64,000 nt of DNA, from the IMG/VR virus record IMGVR_UViG_3300003873_000007, positions 28,281 through 92,280 of that record. The stretch is one strand, 5' to 3'. The position numbers and the translations under genes are program-made. Positions within the stretch are counted from its first letter, which is position 1. Every line of letters begins with the position of its first letter. This DNA comes from a virus. The notes under the pieces were generated by a model. It was not told where the DNA came from. It saw only the letters and a list, made by a program, of their open reading frames with translations, and ran no database searches. This document shows, piece after piece, positions 28,444 to 40,098 of the stretch.

Positions 28444-29558
28444 TGAAAAGAATGATTAAGTATAATGATATAAGAGATTTTAAAAGTGCTACTATAAATT
28501 TAAAAAAGCAACTTAAATATGAAGGTGTTATAACTGCACCTATTTGTGAAGTAACATTCACTGAAAAAATACATGGTACAAATGCAGCAGTATGTTATTC
28601 TGAACCAGATGGTTTCTGGGTACAAAGTAGAGAGCGAATATTAACGATTGAATCAGATAATGCTGGGTGTGCATTTGCTGCTTATTCTATTAAAGATGTA
28701 TGGATATCTTTACTCAAAGAGTTAGCAATTTATCATAATATTGATTTAAATAATAATATTATTAGCCTATATTATGAGTGGAGTGGTGGTAGAATTCAAC
28801 AAAAATCTGCAGTAACTGGTTTATCGAAAAGAAGTATTATTTTTCAACATTTTAAAGTGTCTCCACTTGAGCCATTATATGATGAGCATAATGAAATTTT
28901 ACGAACCGATGAACAACCATCCCGTTGGTTACCTACTATTATAGCAGAGGAAAAGGTTCAAGGAACAATAGGAATAGAAACAAGATTTTTATATGCTGCA
29001 AATGAAGAACATAATATTTATAATATTATGAATTATAAAGTCTGGTACTATAGAGTCGATTTTAACACACCGTTGTTGTTTAATAATACATTTAATTCGT
29101 TAGTTTCTGAAATTGAAAATGAATCTCCTATTGGAAAAGAAATGGGTGTTGAAAATAATATAGGTGAAGGAATTGTTGGAACATTCAAATATAACGATAC
29201 TTTATTTAAATTTAAAGTAAAGGGTGAAAAGCATCAAAATAGTAAAATTAAAAAGTTGAAAGTAGTAGATGAAGCTAAAGAACAAGCAAAAAACACATTA
29301 GCTGAAAAAGTAGCAACCGCTGGTCGATGTGAGCAAGCGTGGCAATATGTATTTGGGATCGAAAATGAAAAAGCTGAGCCTTCTAAAAAAGGTTTAGGTG
29401 ATTTTATGCGATGGATACATAAGGATATTATGAAAGAATGTATGGATGATTATATAGAAGCTGAGATTGCACCAAAAGAGATTAATAATAGAATTAGTCA
29501 AATTGCTAGATCATGGTTTGAAGAAGAATTATTAAAAGAATCACAAAAGGAAATTTAA
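28440..29558 (+). CDS. RNA ligase, Rnl2 family
   Basis: Motif I FTEKIHGTN, QSR, YYEW.G..IQ, GEGIV, FKVK. Confidence 0.85.
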   Translation: MMKRMIKYNDIRDFKSATINLKKQLKYEGVITAPICEVTFTEKIHGTNAAVCYSEPDGFWVQSRERILTIESDNAGCAFAAYSIKDVWISLLKELAIYHNIDLNNNIISLYYEWSGGRIQQKSAVTGLSKRSIIFQHFKVSPLEPLYDEHNEILRTDEQPSRWLPTIIAEEKVQGTIGIETRFLYAANEEHNIYNIMNYKVWYYRVDFNTPLLFNNTFNSLVSEIENESPIGKEMGVENNIGEGIVGTFKYNDTLFKFKVKGEKHQNSKIKKLKVVDEAKEQAKNTLAEKVATAGRCEQAWQYVFGIENEKAEPSKKGLGDFMRWIHKDIMKECMDDYIEAEIAPKEINNRISQIARSWFEEELLKESQKEI

Positions 29559-30100
29559 TGATAGTATTTGATGGAGAAACCTGCGAAGATAAAATTATCT
29601 TCGCAGAGGATATGGTTAGAAAATATAAGTATGATTCAATGACTAGATTAAAAGGTAGATTAGATTTTGATGAAGCTTTTGAAAGAATGGTTGATTCAAG
29701 AATCTATGACGGCCGTAGATTTATTTTTGCATTAATTGATATTAATGGTTTAAAATATACAAATGATAATTTTGGATACTTAGCAGGTGATAAATTAATA
29801 AAAAAAGTTGCTTATAATCTATCAGAAGAGTTTAAAGATATTGCAACAATTTATAGATTTGGCGGAGATGAATTTGCATTATTGTGTACTGGTAATTTAA
29901 CTCGTGTGATAGCAAAAGAAAAATTAAATAATATTAATTCAGATAAACATTTTTGTTACGGTATTATGGATTCAGAAGAAGTAAATTGGAAAGATCATAA
30001 TTATAGATCAATTTTTACATTTGTAAATAATTTATTAGTGGATAAGAAATCACAATTTAAAGAAGATAATCAAAATAATCAAAAATATAATAGGATATAA
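29558..30100 (+). CDS. Stand-alone GGDEF protein (putative diguanylate cyclase)
   Basis: IDINGLKYTNDNFGYLAGD and YRFGGDEF. Confidence 0.9.
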   Translation: MIVFDGETCEDKIIFAEDMVRKYKYDSMTRLKGRLDFDEAFERMVDSRIYDGRRFIFALIDINGLKYTNDNFGYLAGDKLIKKVAYNLSEEFKDIATIYRFGGDEFALLCTGNLTRVIAKEKLNNINSDKHFCYGIMDSEEVNWKDHNYRSIFTFVNNLLVDKKSQFKEDNQNNQKYNRI

Positions 30101-30102
30101 AA

Positions 30103-31269
30103 ATGGTAGATACAATATTAGACGTTCAAGAAGTACAAGAAGTACAAGAAGTACAAGAAGTACAAGAAGTACAAGAAGTTCAAGAAGTACAGAACCTTTT
30201 AAACATTAATGATATTAAAGACCGATATAATGAATATATAAAAAATTCATATGTTTCAGATTCAATTGGTGATGTTTTAGATATTCCTGGTATTCAGGAA
30301 ATTGAAAAAATAATTCAAGATTTTTATAACAGATTAGAAGGTACTACTTCAGAAAGAGAAGTAACAACCTTTGAAAAAACGCTTGAAAAAACGCAAGAAA
30401 TATTAATTTCAATCCCTTATGTTGAAAAATTTATAGAAAAGGATTACAAAGAAACAAAAAAAAATAATAATGATAAAAAATCTACACAAAAGATTCTACA
30501 TGAAATGTTTGATTTTTTTACTAAAAAAAGCGAAGAATTAGAAAATAATTATAAAAAAGCTTTAGAATTAAAAAGCTTTTTATTAGAAAAGGAAAAAACT
30601 TTATCCGTTTTTTCAAAAGAAATTAAACAAGTAATTTTAGCATCGAATGAATCAATGGATAAAATTACAGCTATTAAACTTGGAGGAATAGTTGAAAGTA
30701 ATTATTTAAAAACAAAAGATAAAATATATAATAAAATTGATTTTATTTTGCAATTTATAGAAGAACAATTAACAAACATCGCAGCTTCAATGCCTAGTAT
30801 TGAAGCTAGTTTAGGAGAGGATACTGAAATTAGTAAATTTTTAGTATCTGTAGCAGAAATGAATAAATCATTTAAAGCATTGACAACAGTAAGTAATAAA
30901 GTTGGTAGAATGTCGAGTGAAGCAGTTTTAAATTTAATAACAGAAGTTAGTGACTCTATGGGTGAAACCATCGACATAGATCATATGCGAAAATTAGAAG
31001 AAACTAATAAAAAATTTACGAGACAAATAATTTCAAGCACAGAAAAAAAGATTATGTCGGATGCTAATACATATGCAGAGATGATGAAAATAGGAGAGTC
31101 TTTAGATAATAATATTTTAGAATATACGACATCAAATGCGAAAATGTTGAAACATGCACATAAAAAAATTGATGGTATAGATAAAGTCATTGCGTCCAAG
31201 AATGAGACAATACATACAAATGACAGCTTAAAAGGTTCAACTGAACCTTTAGTGTTTAATGATGAATAA
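30103..31269 (+). CDS. Coiled-coil protein with N-terminal (VQE)7 repeat
   Basis: 9-bp repeat GTACAAGAA at 30124-30192; long helical body. Confidence 0.5.
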   Translation: MVDTILDVQEVQEVQEVQEVQEVQEVQEVQNLLNINDIKDRYNEYIKNSYVSDSIGDVLDIPGIQEIEKIIQDFYNRLEGTTSEREVTTFEKTLEKTQEILISIPYVEKFIEKDYKETKKNNNDKKSTQKILHEMFDFFTKKSEELENNYKKALELKSFLLEKEKTLSVFSKEIKQVILASNESMDKITAIKLGGIVESNYLKTKDKIYNKIDFILQFIEEQLTNIAASMPSIEASLGEDTEISKFLVSVAEMNKSFKALTTVSNKVGRMSSEAVLNLITEVSDSMGETIDIDHMRKLEETNKKFTRQIISSTEKKIMSDANTYAEMMKIGESLDNNILEYTTSNAKMLKHAHKKIDGIDKVIASKNETIHTNDSLKGSTEPLVFNDE

Positions 31270-34200
31270 TAAATAATAAGGAAACAAAAATGATTTATAC
31301 AGAAAAAGAAATTGCACAATTATCAGAAGAAGAACTAATGGATATTATATCAATTATATTAATGAATGGTCAAATATTATACTTTGATCAAGTTTTTTCA
31401 ATTGATGAAGAATCAGTTATTTTAAAAAATGATGAGCGAATTTATTTTTCAAATGATGAGAGTAAAAAATCAACTATTGAAAAATATAAAAAATATAAAA
31501 TGTTTACAATCATTCATGATTCACGTGAACGAGTAAGCACTTTAAAATTAGCAGAGAACCATTTAGAAGAAATGATGAATAAGAAGATTAATAAATTTGA
31601 TAAAATGGCTCAAGAATCAACAAAATTGATGACTGATACAATGATCAAATCTATTTCAAATATTAAAACCTTTTTAATACAAGAAATTGATCCATCTATA
31701 AAAAGATTAAATAATATATCTATTCAACTAGAGAATGAATTACATTCAAAACTTCCTGAGATAAATAGACAAATTTCTAATATAAAAACTGATGAGTTGA
31801 ATATTATATTAGATAAATTAGGAAATATAACAAAAATGTTACATGAAGTAGTTGAGTGATGTCATTTTTTGATAATATTGTAAATCCTTTTAAAAAAGAT
31901 TTACGTTTAAAACTGTTAGATCAAATCCATTTTTTAAAAAAAGAAAAATTTGAAACAATATCATTAGCAGTTGATGACTTAGTTAATGACGGTTTAAAAG
32001 AAGCTATATTAAATAAAATTGATGAAGATTTATCTTTATTGATTTTTGCTTTAGATAAAATAAATGCAAAGTACAATAACACGTATACCAAGCTATCAGA
32101 TTTGGATTGGTATGAAAAACATAGAATGCCATTTGAAGCGAAAGGTATTTTATTAAATATTAAACATAATGATGAAACAAAATTTTTTAAAATGTTAGAT
32201 TTAAAAAAATTCATTGATCATGTTGATATAAAAATCAATTTAAATAATAACCTAAAATTTTTTGAGAAAAGTAAATTGTCAAAAAAAATGACATTGTTAT
32301 ATTTTCGAAAAATGATTCAAAAAATAATAGATGAATACGGATTTAATATCGAGGAGACTTGTAATATATGGATAAATGATAATATAAAAAAATCTGAATT
32401 TAATAAAAAAATGATGATTGAATATCTAAGAAATGTCCTTTATGCTATAGCACTATATGATTATTTATTATATAGAAATGTGAATGTATTACAAAATACT
32501 GTAATACACGAAATTGATAATGCTGATTTTTTAATCAATTTTATATTAAATTGTAACAATTTTAAAGCAATGGTTTTTGTAAGGAGAGAAAAATGAATTC
32601 AGAGATAATTATTAATATTGTGGTGCTTGGATGGATTTGGAATTTTATTATATTTTTGAAACATTCAGCAGATATCGGAAGATATATGAGTTACAAGGAT
32701 GATGCGCGATTGGATAATTTACCAATGAATAAGATTATTAATAAATTATATACGAAAGGATATATACCATATTATACATTATTTAAATATAAATCTTTTC
32801 GAAAAAGATTATTTGAATATCAAGAAGATTTTCCGAACGCGGATTCAATTGATTATTTATATTATATTATAACTAAAAAGGATTAAATATGTTTTTACAA
32901 AAAATTAAATACGAGTTAGAGATGATGAGTACTCTCGTATATTTATTAGGATTGTTATTGCTTAATAGTTATATATTAGATTTAAGCATCTTAACAATAG
33001 GAGGAGTGTTATTAATTTTTGGTTCAGTTTATGTATATATGGGAAATGTTTATTTTAGTATCATAAACTATACATTAGCGGATATGTGTTGGTTATATAA
33101 TGCATATTCTAATCATGATGTTATAGGAACTGTGTCCGTGTCAATTGGGATATTAACAGGTTTTATAGTTACATATAAAATGAAATCAGGCGAGTTTAGA
33201 AAAAGCATAAGGAAATAGAATGATTAGAGTATTATTTAGCATATTATTTATAGGCATTTTAGGTATTGAAACATATACTATATCAGTAGATCATAAAAAT
33301 TTTGAAGCAACTCAAAAAGATTTGATAAAATTATCTAAATATAACAATAAGTTGTTTAAATTAACTAAAAATAAACACAATGTTTATAAATTAACATCAA
33401 TTGATGATAATACACATTATATTTTAAAAAGAGGTAACTAAATGAAAAAATTTAAAAATGTTATTATAACAGAAATATCATACAAGCATCAATTAGAAGA
33501 AGTTTTTATATTTATAAATACAAAATTTAATATTGGATTTAATCCTCAAGATTTAGAAGCATTATTCAATACTTTTTTGAATGAACACGATAATTCACAA
33601 ATGAATTTTAAACTAAATTTCAAAGCAATTGAAAGCAAAGACTTATATAAAGCATTGACTCCTATACCAAAGGATATGAAATGTAAAGATTTTAAATATG
33701 TAAAATATTATAAATTAAAATATCATGATAAAAGTGATACATATAAAAAATTAGTTGATCTTACAATGCAGTCGTGTCCTATATCAGAAAAACAAGACAA
33801 ACTTAATTCAATAATGGAAAATGAATTAACTGAAGAGGAACTTGATATATCATTGTTGATAGATAGAGTTTTAAAATTGAATAGAAAAATTGATATATAT
33901 AATAAATATATTGAAAAGATGTTAGATACAAATGAATTTGCAGCAAAAACGTTAGAAATTGTAAAACGTATTTCCAATAATGATAAAGAATTTTTATTAG
34001 GGATTATTGAGATTGGTAATTTTGATTATACTGCACATGAATTAATATTAATTCTGCAATTAGATTATTTAAACGTTGATATATCAGAAAAAAATATATA
34101 TTATGAAGGTACCGCGATGATGGCTGATATATACATTAGACATAATTCTTACATTCATAAATTTGAAAAATTTATCCAGAACATAACAGATTCAGTAAAT

Positions 34201-34408
34201 AATTTTTGTTTATTGCAATCTACTTTTACAATTGATTCCACACATGATATCAATCATACCGAACAATTCTTTTTATCTGATGAAGAATTTGAATGTGTTC
34301 TAAATAGACAATTTTATAATATTGAGCAAAAAGCTAATGTTATATTTAAAAATTTATATAAGCTTCTAGTTTTGTTAGAAGCTGATATTATAGCAAGGAT
34401 AGATTAAT

Positions 34409-35992
34409 ATGAAAGCAAAAGAATTATGGACAGTGATTGATACATTACAAAATACATCTGGTTCAAATGATAAAAAAGAATATTTAAAGAAATTTACAGG
34501 AAATGAAGTACTATACAAATATTTAAGATATGTTTATGATGAAGTTCATTATGTTTATGGTAAAAGTAAAGTTCCTGAAATTCCACAAGTAATAAATAAA
34601 GTTGAGGATGATTCAGAATTAGTTGAATTCTTTGAATTAATAGATGATATGAATTCAGGTGTATTAAAAGGTAATTTAGCTGACGAAGCAATGATAGATT
34701 ATTGTATATTAAAAGATCTTTATTATGAAGATCTTTTATTTTACGTTGTTAAGCGCAATATAAAAGCGAATATAAACGCAAAAGGAATTAATGAGGTATT
34801 TGGTCATATTATACCTATCGCCTCGTATATGCGATGTGAGAGTGAATCATATATGAAAAAAAGAATTAGATACTCAACTAAAAATGAAAAAGGAGAGATT
34901 ATATTACACGGAGCCTTAGCTGAATCAAAAGCTGATGGTGCATTTTTAAATACTCAAATTTTTAAAAATTATGATGACGTTGTATCAACTACTCGTTACG
35001 GTAGAGAAGTTCCTCCTGATAAGTTTCTAAATACATTATCCGCAATTCCTGTACTATTAAAATGGGAAAATGATTATGTAATGCATGGTGAGTTATTATT
35101 AAAACATCCAGATGGTACAATAATGGATAGACAAACTGGTAATGGAAAAATAAATAAATATATAAAAAGAAAGACGACTGAAATCGAATTACAAAAAAAG
35201 ATAGACACAGCAAAAAGTGTAAAATCAGAAGTATCAGCAACTAAAAAATATAATGAGCATGTTAAAGAATGGGATTATATTTCTAAAAACTTAGTGTATG
35301 AAGTATGGGATCTTGTGTTGTTAGAAGATTGGAAAAATTTATATTCAGATGAAACTACCATAAAACGTTTTTTGCATGTTAAACAAGCTGTTGATTTATA
35401 CAATGAAATGAAAAATATTTTACAATTAGATTTAGGAAATTGTGAATTGAGATTAATTGATCATAAATTAGTATTTAATGATGATGAAGCAATGATTTTT
35501 TATCAAGAGCAATTAGATGCTGGACTAGAAGGAATGGTTATAAAAAATTTAGATATTCCTTGGTGTCATGATGTAAATAGAGACGGTATTATAAAATTAA
35601 AAGATTTTAAAGAAAGTGATTTTATAATTACTGGTATTAAAATGGCAGATGAAGATTCAGATTTTGCTGGAGGAATTGGTTCTTATATTATGGAATCAAG
35701 TGATGGTTTAGTTCAAGTAAATGTTTCAGGGATGAAACGACATGAACGTGGATTAGAACGAGTGGATTCAACTGATTCAAGTAAAGGTTTACAGTTAATT
35801 GAAGATTTTGATTTCGAACAGAACATTGGAAAAATAGCAGCTGTTAAATATAATGAATTAATTAAAAGTAAAAATAGTGATTATTATAGTCTATTTCTTC
35901 CAAATGTTTTAGAAATTAGAGAATCTAGTGATAAAACACAAGCGGATGATATAAGTAAAATAAAAAAAGTATCAAAATATAAAGGAAAATAA
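34409..35992 (+). CDS. lig: ATP-dependent DNA ligase (T4 gp30-like)
   Basis: ESKADG (KxDG), MHGELL, VWDLV, LEGMVIKN, IKLK, OB-domain SLFLP. Confidence 0.92.
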   Translation: MKAKELWTVIDTLQNTSGSNDKKEYLKKFTGNEVLYKYLRYVYDEVHYVYGKSKVPEIPQVINKVEDDSELVEFFELIDDMNSGVLKGNLADEAMIDYCILKDLYYEDLLFYVVKRNIKANINAKGINEVFGHIIPIASYMRCESESYMKKRIRYSTKNEKGEIILHGALAESKADGAFLNTQIFKNYDDVVSTTRYGREVPPDKFLNTLSAIPVLLKWENDYVMHGELLLKHPDGTIMDRQTGNGKINKYIKRKTTEIELQKKIDTAKSVKSEVSATKKYNEHVKEWDYISKNLVYEVWDLVLLEDWKNLYSDETTIKRFLHVKQAVDLYNEMKNILQLDLGNCELRLIDHKLVFNDDEAMIFYQEQLDAGLEGMVIKNLDIPWCHDVNRDGIIKLKDFKESDFIITGIKMADEDSDFAGGIGSYIMESSDGLVQVNVSGMKRHERGLERVDSTDSSKGLQLIEDFDFEQNIGKIAAVKYNELIKSKNSDYYSLFLPNVLEIRESSDKTQADDISKIKKVSKYKGK

Positions 35993-37459
35993 AATGGTTT
36001 TATATAATAAAGTAGTAGGTTTTTTAAAAGTCAATCAGAAAGAATTAGATGAAATTAATGCAATTAATGACACATCATATGGAGATGGTGATTTTATATG
36101 GGAGGATATGGAATTAAGAGATACTGAAGAAATTCAAGAGTCAAAAGAAGATTTAGCAAAATGTGAAATTATACATTTAACATTGGTTGATTAAAATGAA
36201 ATTTGATTTAATTAGTTCAAAACAATCAGATAATCGAAACAAGGATGATTATACAACAAAATATGATAAATCAAATACATATAGAGTTAAATACAATGGG
36301 AAGTTTTTTATTATACGTATAAATTATTATCAGAATAATCATAATAGTTCTTCACCAATTGATCGTTCATTACATTTCTTAACACCTGATGGTTGGAAGT
36401 TATTAGGAACATCTTATAATATTAATCAAAAAAGATTTCCAACAAGTGATCAATATGATTGTAGAATAAAAGGGATTGTTGAAAATTGTGATCTATGGAT
36501 TGAGTCATGTAAAGAGTATTTTGAAGAAATTTCAATAGTTTTATAAAGAAAATAAGGAAAAATAATGAAAGAAGATATTAAAAATATATTAGAAGAGTCA
36601 ATGCATGATGTTATAATTGATGCAATTAAGGATGTTGATATCAAAGGTATCATGAAGAAACAAATTGAATTAGTTACAGAAGGTATTGCTAGAGACATGT
36701 TTAGTTCTTATGGAGATTTTCAAAAAGAACTACAAGAAAAAATTAAAAAAGAAGTTTCTTTTAATATTGATAATTTATCTGTACCAAATTTTGGTCAGTT
36801 AGCAATTGATTCAATACAAGCTGAATTAAAAAAAGTTGAATCAGATGAAATGGTAAAATTTGAGAAAGGAGTAGCAAATCGAATTGCTTCACTTTTCGGC
36901 ACAAATAATGAAACATTAACCTTAGATAAACTACAAAATGCATTTGGATATGCTATGTACCAAGAACATTTAGAATATGAATTTGATGGATGTCAATTCA
37001 ATGATTTAAATTTTGAAAGTCTTGATGAATTAATAGAAGAAATTAGTAATCGTGGATTAAATTATGAATTTGTATTTACTCTACAAGAACGCGATAGAAA
37101 TTGGGGAAGTGACTGGGATGCTGTTACAACTCATATTATAATGGAATTTAAAAAAGATGATAAAATCATCAATGCTATAAATTTACATATATCTCGAGAG
37201 TCACAAAAGGGTGAATCATATAGAACATATAGTCGATATAACCCACACTCAGAAAATATATATAAAGTGATTGGTGTTGAGATTAATGGTAAAAATATAA
37301 TGAAAGATGGAACTATTATTTTAACTCAATTAAATAATGAAGCTGAACAATTAACTAGTTCAATGTTATTAAATTCTACATTGTTAGATTGTACTAATTT
37401 ATTTGATTTTGAAATAGATAATGATTAAAGGATATTTTAAAATTATTCGTCGATATAAT

Positions 37460-37477
37460 ATCATTATCGATAAAGAT
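37460..37477. repeat. Palindromic repeat, one-mismatch copy (ATCATTATCGATAAAGAT)
   Basis: Intergenic, upstream of 37522. Confidence 0.75.
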
Positions 37478-37521
37478 AAAAGTGATGGTTATATGAATAT
37501 AGTTAATACAAAGGAAAAATA

Positions 37522-38619
37522 ATGACATTTAATAAAACTAAGTTTAAAAAATTTTTAAGTAAATACAACATAGAAATTAATTCGGAGATTAAATTTGATT
37601 CAGAATTTTATACAACGTTCGGCGATAATATGATGAATGATATCATTTCAGGAAATTTAAAAAATCGTCATGGTCTCTCAACATCTGATTTTTTAAATAA
37701 AATTAAAAATAAATATGGAAGTTTAATATCATCTTTTACATATTTTTGTATGTTAAATGATAACTTATATACTGAGCCTAGTTACGGTCCAGGAGGATAT
37801 GAATATCTATTTGAAATAGAAATATTATCTTCAAATTATAAATCTGTTGATGGAAAGCATATATATTTAGAAACATTAATTAATGAAGGTTCTAGAATTG
37901 TAGATTTTTTAGATCACATAGGATTATCACATAGGGCTAGTAAACTTAAAAAACATTTTGAGAATGTTAAAATCAAGGTGTATGATAGAGATGATATAAT
38001 AACACTCGAAGATTTTCCAGAAAAACATGAACAACTTGTAGATAATTTACAAGAAATTCTTGACAAGCAAGGTCAAGATGAAATACATATAAATAATCTG
38101 GAAGATATTGAATTTACATGTACGTGTGAAGGAGAAATTTTTAATATATCAGAAACATATGAATACACGAGTGAATTAATTGATGTTTTTAATTCAATGG
38201 ATGTTATATATCGAGATCATATAATTAAACAATTAAATAAGAAAAAGGTTCCTAAAATAGAACTAAGGGTTTGTTCAATTTTAGAGGGTCAGTGCTATAA
38301 TCAACATTATTTTTCAGATATGGTAGGACATCCAAAAGAAGTTTTAAATGAATTTATTAAAAGTTATGAGAGATACAAAGATTCAGATTCTGATATAATG
38401 ATAGTTGAAACATATTCTGATCATATTGTAAATTATATTAGATGGTTAGTTGTAAAAGAAAATGTTGAATTAGTTGATGATATTTTCAGTTATTGGGATA
38501 ATGAAGGTAAATTATACGAAATGTCTATAAATAATAAAGGTGATTTTATCCCAGAATTTCCTTCTGGTTTTTATGATATAACTCTAAAAAATATATATGA
38601 TTTAAAAAAGAAGGATTAA
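37522..38619 (+). CDS. Hypothetical protein with DUF3696-like C-terminus (degenerate ABC-ATPase tail)
   Basis: HPK...IMIVETYSDHIVNYIR...INNKGDF..FPSGFYD; no Walker A seen. Confidence 0.5.
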   Translation: MTFNKTKFKKFLSKYNIEINSEIKFDSEFYTTFGDNMMNDIISGNLKNRHGLSTSDFLNKIKNKYGSLISSFTYFCMLNDNLYTEPSYGPGGYEYLFEIEILSSNYKSVDGKHIYLETLINEGSRIVDFLDHIGLSHRASKLKKHFENVKIKVYDRDDIITLEDFPEKHEQLVDNLQEILDKQGQDEIHINNLEDIEFTCTCEGEIFNISETYEYTSELIDVFNSMDVIYRDHIIKQLNKKKVPKIELRVCSILEGQCYNQHYFSDMVGHPKEVLNEFIKSYERYKDSDSDIMIVETYSDHIVNYIRWLVVKENVELVDDIFSYWDNEGKLYEMSINNKGDFIPEFPSGFYDITLKNIYDLKKKD

Positions 38620-39105
38620 TATGAAAATTACATTACCTCAAAAAAAAGATGCATTAAAATGTAAGGAAAACACTTTTTATCTAATACAAGACGAATTGTC
38701 TTATTTTAGATGTAATCGTCATCATATTTTTTGTGCAAAAGAAAATACATTTGTTGAATACAATGAAGAATTTTATAAAAATGATAATAAAATAGAAGTA
38801 TCTGTTGAAATCGATTATAAGATCCCAAAAAAATATAAATCAATCAGTAAAAAAATTTCAAGTGAGTATAATGACATCGAAGATATGAAAAATGCTAATA
38901 TCTCAGGGATTTATGTGGGTATTTCTATATTAAATAATAGTAAAAAATTATTCATCGTCAATTCTGCGAGTTCGGATGTATTAATGATATTTGATAATAA
39001 ATTATCATTAATACCATTAGAAACTCTTCAGTTTGCATTTGATTTATTTTTAATTGCGGATGATGTTGATGATTATCCATCAACGTTTGAAATAAAGGTT
39101 GCGTA

Positions 39106-39684
39106 ATGGATATATTTATTTATGAAATGTTATTAAATATTGTATTGATGTTAGCTCTGTTAGTTGCGTATCATAAGATGATAACTGCACCAGGTGAATT
39201 AATGCAAGGTATAGTATTTGTTATTATTGTATTAGTATTTTTGGGAAATTCAGGCAGAAGTTATTCAAAAATGAAAATGGATTATACACATATTATCAAA
39301 GTATGTGTTGATAATAATATAACATTAGAACCAAAATATGATGATTTTGTGAAATATATAAAAACTGAAGAATTTAAAAAAGGATTATGAATGACTCCAG
39401 GTTTAGAAATTTTAGCAAATGTAATTTTAGTAGTTTTTATGTTAATAACATATCATTTAATGGTAACCATAAAAAGAAATATGTTTACATCATTTAAACT
39501 GATAAGTACAATCTTATTTGGATTAATAACTACATTTTATTTAACATTTAATGTTTATAATATAAACCATCATTTTAAAGAAAAAACTGATTTGTTGCAA
39601 TTATGCATGGATAATAAAATAAAGTTAGATTATAAATACAGTGATGTAATTGAGTACATGAGGAAAAGAAATGAAAATAATTAG
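39106..39684 (+). CDS. Pair of tandem paralogous two-TM membrane proteins (39106..39390 and 39391..39684)
   Basis: Shared N..L...L..YH.M and C.DN.I.L..KY.D...Y motifs. Confidence 0.6.
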
Positions 39685-40080
39685 ACCTGAATTAGAATTT
39701 GATTCATGTATTATAAAAGGCATTTCTTTTTCAAAAAAAGAAATGTCTTTAGAATTGATATCTAATATATATATAACATACCTCTTAAAGATATTGAAGA
39801 GAGGTGGAATTCATCTGAATATAAAGGGTATAATGATTATTTAAATTTTGTGGATGCTTATGATGATTATGAAAACAATAAATTAAAATTACATTGGCCA
39901 GATGACTGTGATGAAAATGTTTATTGTTATGTAGATATATGGATTTCACTTGAAGATTTTAACATAGAAGAATATCCATTTACCAGTAAAGAAGAAGAAA
40001 TTCTTTATACATTTATAAAAAAATATGGGATAGATAAGAAAGAGGTGCTTGATATGATAAGTATTGGTACAGAAGATTAA
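39671..40080 (+). pseudogene. Hypothetical gene frameshifted in an (AT)5 tract
   Basis: ATG 39671 has an AGGA RBS; removing one AT unit at 39765-39774 joins it in frame to 39850..40080. Confidence 0.55.
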
Positions 40081-40098
40081 AATTAAAAGGAAAATTAA

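Noticed and set aside
30103-31269. TelA-like toxic-anion resistance protein
   Set aside because: Only generic coiled-coil similarity; no diagnostic motif I can confirm
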